Positions 49,129 through 59,324 of a stretch of 63,630 bases of DNA are shown in pieces. The notes under the pieces are model-generated. The model made no database searches, was not told the origin of the DNA, and saw only the letters and a program-made list of their open reading frames with translations. The position numbers were made by a program, and so were the translations under genes. This stretch comes from Klebsormidium nitens (lineage: Eukaryota > Plantae > Klebsormidiophyceae), in NCBI GenBank assembly GCA_000708835.1, contig DF237320.1, positions 29,027-92,656 on the forward strand. Direction: 5' to 3'. Numbering within the stretch: the stretch's first letter is position 1; the number at the start of each line of letters is the position of its first letter.

Positions 49129-51660
49129 TGAAAGAGGAATAACCGTTGTCAAAAGCTAGCACGCTCAAAATTTGTTAGCCAGATCCTGGGTTCAATGTAA
49201 ATTCGACAGACAGTGCGTGTTGGGATATAAAAGATTTCTGAAGCGGTTGCTAGAGGATCGATGTCTGTGAGGAATCGAGTATTTTAGATCAAATGCATGA
49301 AATATTTTGGTGATCCCCGCTTCCCCATGTCCTTCTGTATCGGCTTTAATATTAAAACCATGTCTGCAGATGCGGAGCCTCAAACACTGTGCCAGCTAAT
49401 TGTCTGAAAGTTAGAAGGCCAGCTATGTGGTATGACCTTTCCAAGTACACATATATCTCTGTCTGTTGTTGGTTTTTTTAAGATGTGCAAGCACCCTCAG
49501 AAGCAGGCTTTGTGTCGAGGAAAGTGAGACAAAGCTTGTCTGAAGCAACTTTCGAATCGCCCACGCTTTTCTGACCTGTAAACATCATGAATTATCTCCA
49601 AGCTTAGTAGCCAGTACTAGGTGTCCCTCAAAATGAACCGCTTTCAACAACCACGGAGGCACACAGACTCCAACCAATTTCCCAAGTTGTTCTTCCACTT
49701 CACACTATTTCTATGGCACGCAAAGCTAGTGTAAGAAGGGGCCACCATCTTTCCCCTTCTGCACCACAGACCTCTGTTTAGAGACGGTGCAGAGACCGAT
49801 TGGATAGCAGGCATGATATCTTTTGTTCTGGCTCGCTGATTAATTTGCATATGACATGACAAGCGATTGACCCACCGTAGCCTGCATGCGCTAAGCCAAG
49901 GTTTTTGCCTAGGTAAAATTAGCTCAAGCCCATAGCGGGCCGCTACAACTAGTTGTGTTCAATTGAGAAGATTATCAACCAGCGCTAGGCCTCGTTATAC
50001 GTGATTGAAAAGCGCGCAGCCTGAGAAGCATTTTAAAGGAACCCCATGGTTCCGATGCATCGAAACCCACATCGATCGAGTTCCAATATTCACGTGCAGA
50101 CAGGAAGACGTCGCACCTACCTTGATCTCAGGGATGGCAGCTGATCGATTGCGGTGGCTCAATCAAGCCTGTAATTGATTGATAACTTTAAACCGGCCAA
50201 CTTGAAGAAAGGGGCACGGACTGGTTGAGCAAAGCTGGGCCACAACTTGAAGATCACTGAAGTTCACTGGCAGTACTCTAAGATGATAAGATGCCAATCA
50301 AACCAAAGTGCCAGCAAACATCAGACGAGTTGCCCAAAGCTTTGCACTTCTTTTTTGCGGCCGCGGCAACTAGAACTTGAATTAAGTTGAAGCCCTCAGG
50401 ATCGAAAGTCTCCGAACAAAGTAACGCTGGTGTAATTGCTTCCTTTGCAGCTGAGTATATCCCCGGATGCAAAGCATGCAGCGCGGAGAACACTTGATTG
50501 AAGCCTTCATCTACCTGACCATGCAGTCAGGTCAGGACGTACGTACTGAGGGAAAGCGATGGGAGGCCGCACCTGCCTCTTCAACATCATGAAGGAGCTA
50601 CTTCAACAGGAGCCGATGCCCCCGAGCTGGGCAGTCTGTGACGTCACGCATCTTTGTCCTTCAACATCCAGAAGAAGATAGCACAGCTGCAATCAGAGCA
50701 GCCTTACATCCTCTCTTCCATCTGGCAAACGCCGGTGAACCATCTACACCATGATGGTAAGGCGAGTCCATTTTTGAACCCGAATTCTGGTACCTACAAC
50801 CCGCTTTCTAATTGGGTTTGTCGGTCGGTCGGTCGGAAGAATATCTATTGAATCAATGACTGATCTATCCTTTTGCTCATGAAACCTATACTGAGCTATT
50901 TCCAGATATATTAATGGCAATGAGATATTGGGGTGTCGACTTTGTCGAGGGCAAAAGGGCGCAAGGAAATCAAGTCACAAACACCACACACTCTTATCCT
51001 TTCTATTCTGAAGGATATTCATTCTCGAAGGGAAAACATTATCCACATTTTTATCATGAAATTGATTCGTCCCATTCTGGGTTGGTCGGGGACTGGGAAT
51101 CACCGCATTCAATTCAAACGGCCTAAGCAGCGGACCGTCCCCCTTCCACGGTTGCTGCAGTTGGTGGTTAATTACACTTCTTTGATTCGAGCATAGCAGG
51201 CTCTGCTGGTTAAATTGATCTGGCATAGAAGTACTCTCTCTCGAAGACAGGTTCACCGAACCACAGCACGATGGCATACATTTTGTACCGTACGTACTCG
51301 CTCCGACCTCCCGAAAATTGCGTACTACGTACACTGATTGATATGACCGGTTCAAGTCCCGCGACTGTTCGCCTACCGTCGATACGTGACCTGACAGTCT
51401 AGATGAGCTGCACACAGGCAGGCCGACACGGCCGCCGAGGCCAGCTCCCGCCGCCTGCGCACGTACGGACTAGTCTGACCACTGAGTGCATGACGGCAAT
51501 CATGAAACTCGCAAACTTTCGGCTGCGTCGTGTGAAGCAGGCGCTGTGACGCTGGAGGACTGAGGTAAACGAGACAGCTTCAATATTCAATGCACCTCCG
51601 GTGGTTGGTCAAGGCACGCACTCGCATACTACCTATGTGACGTCCTCAGGCTGTGTCATG

Positions 51661-52323
51661 GGACAATGATTTCAAGGAAAAAAAAAAAANNNNNNNNNNN
51701 NNNNNNNNNNNNNNNNNNNNNNNNNNNNNNNNNNNNNNNNNNNNNNNNNNNNNNNNNNNNNNNNNNNNNNNNNNNNNNNNNNNNNNNNNNNNNNNNNNNN
51801 NNNNNNNNNNNNNNNNNNNNNNNNNNNNNNNNNNNNNNNNNNNNNNNNNNNNNNNNNNNNNNNNNNNNNNNNNNNNNNNNNNNNNNNNNNNNNNNNNNNN
51901 NNNNNNNNNNNNNNNNNNNNNNNNNNNNNNNNNNNNNNNNNNNNNNNNNNNNNNNNNNNNNNNNNNNNNNNNNNNNNNNNNNNNNNNNNNNNNNNNNNNN
52001 NNNNNNNNNNNNNNNNNNNNNNNNNNNNNNNNNNNNNNNNNNNNNNNNNNNNNNNNNNNNNNNNNNNNNNNNNNNNNNNNNNNNNNNNNNNNNNNNNNNN
52101 NNNNNNNNNNNNNNNNNNNNNNNNNNNNNNNNNNNNNNNNNNNNNNNNNNNNNNNNNNNNNNNNNNNNNNNNNNNNNNNNNNNNNNNNNNNNNNNNNNNN
52201 NNNNNNNNNNNNNNNNNNNNNNNNNNNNNNNNNNNNNNNNNNNNNNNNNNNNNNNNNNNNNNNNNNNNNNNNNNNNNNNNNNNNNNNNNNNNNNNNNNNN
52301 NNATGACGGACAATGATTTCAAG
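51661..52323. mobile_element. Gapped insertion flanked by a 16-bp direct repeat (TSD), starting with an A12 run; probable short non-LTR retroelement
   Basis: GGACAATGATTTCAAG at 51661-76 and 52308-23; inside are G + A12, 613 N and ATGAC. Confidence 0.65.
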
Positions 52324-53299
52324 ACCGCATGCAGTTGATCAACTCAGCGCTAGCGAAGTGGCAAGCTAGACCGGCCAGCGCTGCACTAAGGAACTAGCGT
52401 GAGACTGTGTACACACGAACCACTCATGCTGCCACTGCCGGTCTGCAAAGAACGTCGACGAGTCGCATACATACTCTGCCCTAAAAGTGGATTATTACCG
52501 AATTCAGATCGTTGCCAGCGTTTCAGCCTTCGACGTCAGCACAGCTGAGTTTTCTATAGCATTCAATCAAGGCAGAAGAATGCGGGCGAACTCAGGTTGC
52601 AGCCCGTTTTGAAAACATAATGCGGTACATTACAGAACCTCTTCAGCTGAGAAATGGTAGGAAGGCTGCAGTAAGACGGCGTGGCATGAGCTACCTAGCT
52701 TCCACTGCAAGGTAGCTAAGGCAGCTTCCGGCCAGCTATTTTCTCCCAAAAACGTCTTCAATTTAAGACCGTACTAAAAAGAACTAGGTAGTCGGGCCAG
52801 AAGTCTTCCTGTCGAACAGCTAGGCCGTTATCACAGGATTAGCACTGTCAGGAGGGGTACCATGGCCCGCAAAGCCTTCCGAGCTTCAAGTTAATGGCCC
52901 TTGAATGTTTTGTCTTGATAGGACGTGCTGACGTGCGCTCAGCAACAGGGACCAAAGCGTGTCCTTGAGTTGGGACCACGGATCCTTCTCCACTAGCGGT
53001 TTGAGCTACCTTATTCTGACGAGATTCTCATATCTTGCACTAGAGGATCAACTTCTTGCAAGGGGTACGATTATCTGGTCCATTAGTGTCGTGACCCCAG
53101 TGTTCAAAGCGCGCATGCAGAGAATCTCCTGCCAACACCCTAATTGGCAGCACCTCGGCCACTTCGGACGCTCTTAACCGCGCAAGGACCATTGCACTCC
53201 CCTTTCAGGGCTTTCCGGCTGTTCCTTCTGCCGCCATTCAGCCAGCAACCTGTTGACGCGCACGTGAACTGATCAGTTAGCGTAGACCTGCATCGCCTG

Positions 53300-56200
53300 A
53301 TGCTGAAGCTGGCCAAAATGTACCGGCGCTTTGGGACCAGGCTGTTTGGATCTCCGGGGGACAAGAAGCTGGTCTTCACCTTCTGCGCATTCTTCTTCCT
53401 TAATGCGGTTCTGCAAGGCTTCCTTGCCGGGTTCCTGGGCGCTGTTATCAGCGCGCCTCCCTCATCAAATTGCCTCCATTTGGCGCAGCTCGAGTCAGTT
53501 TCCCGAGGGACGGTTTTGAGAGGCGGGGAATCAAAGGCTCTGCGTATCGCTGTTGTTAGCTCATACCCGCCGCAGGCTTGTGGAATTGCAGAGTTCACAA
53601 GGGATTTGCTTGTGAAAGGGTTTCAGAAGACTGCTCTAGCGGAGTCCAAAGTGGAGGTCAGCATTGTTGTGATTGATGAGGAGAACACGGAGCGGGCATA
53701 TGGGCCGGAAGTGGCGGCTGTTTTTAGGAAACACGTGGCTTCAGATTACGTTTTAGCCGCAGATCTTCTCAATTCTGATTTTGATGTCGTGAGCCTGCAA
53801 CACGAATATGGCATCTTTGGCGGGGAGTGGGGCGAGCTGATCCTCCTCCTGCTTCAACGGCTCTCAATACCAGTGGTCACAAACTTCCATACCGTCCTTC
53901 CAGATCCCACAGTCCAGTCCCGCAAGGTCCTCATTGAGATCGCCCATCTGTCCAACATGGTCACCGTCATGCTCCCATCGCTCTGCGAGCACTTGAATCT
54001 GCACTACACTGAGAATATCACGTGTCTTTTCATGCCTCATGGAGCGCCGTTGGAGGAGCAAGGGCATCCCCCAGATCTCGAGGCGCTTCGTATATCCAGT
54101 GACAGGAGTATCATCCTGTCGCCTGGACTTCTGTCTCCCAACAAGGGCATTGAGTCTATGATATCTGCAATGAGCACTTTGCAGAAGAAACTTCCCAAAG
54201 CACTGTACGTGATCGTTGGGAGGCAGCACCCTGGGTTGAGGGGAAGAGACTATCTGGGAGAACTGCGCCAGTTGGTGCAAGAAATGGATTTGGAGACCTC
54301 GGTACTCTTTGTGCCTCTGTACCAGACGAAGGAACAGCTGATTGGCTGGATCTCCCAATCTCATATTGTAGTGACCCCCTACGAAGATCGGACTCAGGTG
54401 AGCAACTCACGACTGGCCCCTCTGCTATCTCCAATGGGTCTAAGGTGCTGTCCCTGTAGCTCGCAATCTGAAACTCAAATCGTTCATGAGAGAACCTTAG
54501 GAACATACTCTTGACGAATCACACAAGATTGTCGGGACGCACATCTGTCTCGGAAAAGTTTCTATTCTGGTGGCTATCAATCAACGGCTGCAGATTTGCC
54601 CTCGATTTCGTGCATTCGCTCCTGTATGGATGGTACATATCCAGATCGTATCGATCACATCAGGATCTTCCGTGAAAAGCTTTCGGTGGACCAGCCTTCG
54701 ACTGAGTTATTCACACAGTTGTAGCTGACGTTGCAGCTAGGTGATGCACCGATGCTTTATTCTCCCTTAAGTTTCAACACCTGCTCTCACACTGAGTCAT
54801 GCACTGGAAGATTTCAACCTTTTCTTCTCTACTTACTCTGCAGGTTAGTTCTGGCACCCTTTCGATGACTGTCGGTCTCGGGCGGGTCGCCGTCACCACC
54901 GCCTTCCCGTACGCCCAGTGGCTCTGCCGCGCCGTTAACGAGATGGCCGCCACAGCCGTGCAGCCGTGCATGACCGTCCCCTTCGCGGAGGACCTCGGCC
55001 CGGAGCTCGCATCAGCGTTGCTTGCTATCCTGGGTAACGACACGCTCCAGCAGGCGATGCGGGGCGCAGCCTTTGAGCACGGGCGGCGGGCGCAGTGGAC
55101 CAGCGTTTCGAAGGAGTGGGTCGACTTACTACGGCAGGCGGCAGTTCGAAACCGGGCGTCTTTGCTGGCACGAAGGGGAGAGTGGGCCGCGCTAGCAGCG
55201 TCCGCGTATGAGGCAGGCGCCGTGAGCGATCGGCGTTTGCACAAAGTTCCGGTGTCCCCAACCGACGGGAGGGTGATGAAGGTCTGGGCGAGCGACCTCG
55301 CTCGAGATGTTATAATGGGCAATCGGAAGGCGGAGGAGTCGGCCAAAGTCCTCTCGGACCTGACATTGGGCCCCTTACGATTTGCGGCGCGCGTTGATTC
55401 TGACGAGACGGAGTGCATGGCTGAGACTGGCGGCCTTGGGTCCTTCTTCACAAGCAACGGGATAGCGGCTTTTCATGGTCAGGTGAGTGGCCATGACAGC
55501 TTGTTTCCAAGTTCCGTCTCAAAGAGTCGTGTTTAGACGAAGCGCAACTGAAAAGCTCGGGAAGAGAGAGCACTTCGCGTCTACGGGTAAGGAGACCCAA
55601 AAATTGGAAGAGCACAAAGACGTGTTTTTGGCAGGTTGTGACAGGAGTGCTTGCACTTAGAAGCCTCGTTTGAAACAGCTAACTGAATTCAGGCACGTCT
55701 CTCAGTGGAATATATCGAGGCGCGTGGAGCGCTTACCCGGCAAACGCGCTAAACAGCTCCAAATAGATTCTAACAAATGTCAACGCTGACCGTTAATTGT
55801 GACTTCAAAGACGTTGCAAACTAGCTGACGTTGATGCAAGGTTGGACCAAAGCAGTCCTTTGAATCCCTGACTCAGTGATCTTGGCACTCCTGATGCTGA
55901 TGTCTGAGCTTATTCTTTCTCGTTCTTGCGGCAGGTCCGAAAGGACGACTACGTCTTTCTCCACACCCTGCCCGACAAAGGTCTGCTGTTAGGAAGCGGG
56001 TTGCGTTATGGCGGTATGTTCGTCAACTATGTGATCGACGGGGATATGACGGGGGAGCGCGCTTATCCTGCGGAGTGGTCCTTCTCGTGCCAGGGCTCCA
56101 ATAGCGTATTGAGGATGAAGAGCGTTCTGAAGCACCCTGTGAAGAGCAGCGTAATTGTCGGGGAGGTGGATATGAGCTTCAACCTGGACGGTAGCACGTC

Positions 56201-56759
56201 GCTCCTGACGTGGACCGCTCGCGTGAGGAGTTTCGAAGATTGCCTCGACAACGTCGAGGTGCAGTCCGCAATGGACGGGATGTCGACTCTGTTCGAGAAC
56301 CTGCACTTCAACCAGTTCTATGCAGTGTCCCCAACGGACGGCATCGTGGGCGTCAAGAGTGCGGTCGAGGATATTGAGCTGTACAACCAGGAACTGGACG
56401 GGCCGCTTGCCTGGGACGTTTTCACCAACAAAGAAGGGGAGTTCGCGCTTATTACTGTGATCAGGAACCAGACGACTCTGCGATATATTACTGGCCACGA
56501 CCCGACTAATGAGAACTTCCATTATACGGTCCACAGGTACCATGTCGGGAGCATCTGCCCTTGGGACCCGCCGCTTATAATCGTCGAGGACAGGATCATA
56601 CTGCATAATATGGATCTGGATAATGTAGAGAGCTATGCTCAAGTTATTGACAGAATCTCGGAGCTGACTGGAGTAGACGTGTCTGGTCCCGAGAATAAGG
56701 CGCTTGTGGAAGAAGCGTTCCAAGTGCTAGCCTACCATACCAGTACAGCTTCTATCTAG
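53300..56759 (+). CDS. GT4 glycosyltransferase (bacterial mannosyltransferase-like subfamily) with N-terminal anchor and unassigned ~300-aa C-terminal domain; three exons (53300-54397, 54844-55482, 55935-56759), ~853 aa
   Basis: RIAVVSSYPPQACGIAEFTRDL, LQHEYGIFGG, VVTNFHT, GLLSPNKGIE, TPYEDRTQ|VSSGTL; both introns phase 0 with canonical sites. Confidence 0.9.
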
Positions 56760-57394
56760 ATATTTAGGTGATCGAAAGGGTACAGCCGGATTAACCGTCT
56801 AGAAGCATTGATAAAGCGGACAAAATTGATTGGGGTTGAAGGCGGTGGCTCAGAAGTGACAAGAATTGAACGTGGAGTATAGGGATGTACATTAGCTAGC
56901 TTGCTAGCCGCCGTTACCACTTGATTAAGTAAACAGATTGACTGCCATTGAAAGGGCTCATCAGTACAGCGGTATCTTATTGAAAACGCGTCGCTACCTT
57001 ATCCGAAAGCGGCTGCCCTAGTTTAGGCGATCGTCTCAGTCTGGCATGGCGAGTCTGCCATGCTGATTAATTAAAGGTTGTAAATCATTCACTAGATGCC
57101 CCGCAATATGCACCAGTGCACTACTCGGAAACGGATTTGCCGTTATTCGCGGAATCGTTCATCGAGCTCTTGAAGGACCAGGGAAGGATCAATTGCAATC
57201 TCGATGAAGCCCTCCACTAAGTTTGGGAGCCTTACAATTCCGACCGATGATCGATGCGCGTGAAACCTGGGACAAGGACTCAATGCAAAAAGGACAATCC
57301 AATCGATTGACAGAGTCTGCACCCAATCCCGACCAGAACGGCCGGAACTAGGTTCATCATGACAGGTACTCACCAACCGTCGTTTCTACTATAT

Positions 57395-57520
57395 CACTAT
57401 AAATCTGGACACGAATTAAGAGCGGCCGTTTTAAGAGCGGCGCCGGTCTTAAACATTGTCCGCATTCAGACCGGCGGCGCTCTTAAAACAGCATCGCTTT
57501 AAGGGCGCCGTCGCTCTAAA
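57395..57520. mobile_element. One end of a CACTA (En/Spm)-like transposon with subterminal repeats
   Basis: CACTATAAAT at 57395, followed by several TAAGAGCG motifs in both orientations including a 22-bp inverted repeat (57428-49 / 57468-89, one mismatch). No partner end found in the window. Confidence 0.5.
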
Positions 57521-57979
57521 TGCACATGCTGAAATTAAGGACGATTTTGGCTGAAATGTCCGGTTTTCCAGTACGAAACATACTGAAAACGCGCAAATCA
57601 AGTGCGCTAGGAATCTTAAACGAGGATCAGACGGAGTCGGGTGTTATTAAGTGCGCTACCGTTGTCCTGCCTTGCGGAATCTTCTATTCACTGTTGGGTC
57701 CGTCTACAATAGACTCTTCCGCTTCTAATGACCCTGATTACAGCGAGGCAATTACACGAAGACTAGGGGCTGCTACTGTGCTGCTATACTCTGCACGTTT
57801 TTGTACGTTGACCTCGCCTCGACTTCAGGCTTGCCATGCCACACGACTTGCGATGCTTGGGGAGAGTACTTTGACTTCTCATCCTTGCTGATGCTCAGTA
57901 CCACACCTCGCCGTCCGCATTCGTTGGTATACCGAACTGCAGAATGAGAAATTGCGTCCGAGAGCAGTCAATGCACGTC

Positions 57980-58630
57980 TGACGACAGATATATACGGAG
58001 TTTCGTGCGTGCGGACGAGCGCGACGTGGACGCATCTTTGAAAGAAGTTCCGCTCTACCACCGCCGTCCGGCTTCTCGCACCTTCAATACTGCGCGAGCA
58101 AAGATGATGTCAGCAGCTGCTGCTTTGCAATCCTGCCATGTTCGTGCACCCCAAAAGAGGCGCGGCCCAAAAAACCGGTCCGACTCTGCTCACGGCCGCC
58201 GCGGATGCAGAACTGCGAGAATGCGGAAGATGACGTCAGCAAAGGCGAAAGTATTAGAGTCGAGCCCGCTCGTGTTTGCGCGAACGCGGGAGGGGATCGG
58301 CCCAGGAAGACGTCCTGCTCCACAGCATCTGCCGCTTGCGGCTGCAGAATTGCGCAAAACGAAGGTGACGTCAGCAAGCGTTCGAATCGTTCCTTGCTTG
58401 CGCTCGCGCGTGGGGGGCGCGGCCCAGTAAGACGTTCTGCTCCACGGCCACCAATCGCTCGCGCTCGGAGGACTGCGCGAGCGAACATGACGTCAGCAAG
58501 CGCGAACATATCAAGAACATCTCGGTCTAGCATTCCCGAAGTTGCGCGCGCACGGGAAATAAACTACGGCCACCGGCTGCTCCCCAAAGTTTTCTTCTCG
58601 CAAACGCACGTGACATCAGCAAGCGCGAGT
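57980..58630. repeat. Diverged ~125-bp tandem array with a conserved TGACGTCAGCA core
   Basis: Cores at 58105, 58231, 58366, 58488 and 58611, plus a degenerate one at 57980; secondary shared motifs CTGCGC and CGGCCCA. Confidence 0.8.
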
Positions 58631-58988
58631 AAACCAGTGAAAGTTTCTGTGGAACCTTCAGGCAGACAAACACTGCTGTGTACCGCAATCTTCTGCCACC
58701 TTTCTTAGCTGGATGCACGAAAACCTGGCGACTACGGGTAGAACAGCTAAAGTCTTGTCAGAAATTGTCGAAGGCTGGTAAAGGCAGGATGGCAGCATAA
58801 AGCGAACCGACAATATCAAGTACCGGCAAGAAAGAATGCTTTGTGAATGTCAAAAGAGCAAGCAAATGGCAATCTGGTAATGCATCGACCGCGGGGGCCA
58901 AGGTGAGCTCAAGAATGCTCTCGAGCTTACTTTCAAGTGGTTCACGAAACGGACTCCAGTGAGAAGAAGCTACGACCTACCTGCACTC

Positions 58989-59324
58989 TCATTTGCCGCC
59001 TTTTCGAGGCTTTCCTCGACCGCGGCGCTGGATCTCGGCGTGTTTCTTGGGCGAATCGATCACGTCCGTCTTCACCGGCAGACATCCTACCGTGAGCGTC
59101 GTTCCGCCGGTAGTCGGCTCCACTGCGGTGTACCCCTTGGGCACGTTACGCCGGGCTTGCGACGTGTCAGTCGATTCGACGAATACCCCAAGGTGCTCGG
59201 GTCCCAGAGGCTCACCATTCACCAGATCCCTCGCCTTGGTATAGTTGACTTGAGCCACGCCAACAGGCTGCAGGGCACCGTGAATAACATTCTCAGCGTT
59301 CGGACGCTGCTTCCGGACATTCAA
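58989..59324 (-). pseudogene. TNP1/En/Spm (Transposase_23-like) domain fragment of the CACTA element
   Basis: VGVAQVNYTKARDLVNGEPLGPEHLGVFVE resembles the recalled VAxGx..LVxxxPLGPxxVxVxVD pattern; transcribed toward the CACTA end. Confidence 0.5.

Noticed and set aside
50560-50780. Protein-like stretch ending at a GTAAGG donor
   Set aside because: Frames are interrupted and no partner exons or family could be identified.
51653-52322. Long ORFs spanning the second gap
   Set aside because: Artefacts of N runs.
55989-56723. 244-aa minus-strand ORF
   Set aside because: Antisense to the well-supported GT4 exon 3.
23803-56759. Endogenous giant-virus or bacterial contaminant origin for the GT cluster
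   Set aside because: Spliceosomal introns, kb-scale intergenic regions with MITEs, and no recognisable viral hallmark or bacterial operon features. Ancient HGT of single genes remains possible.
57980-58630. CRISPR array or protein-coding repeat (ORFs 58005..58430, 58205..58708)
   Set aside because: Spacers are ~110 bp and mutually homologous, and the units shift frame.
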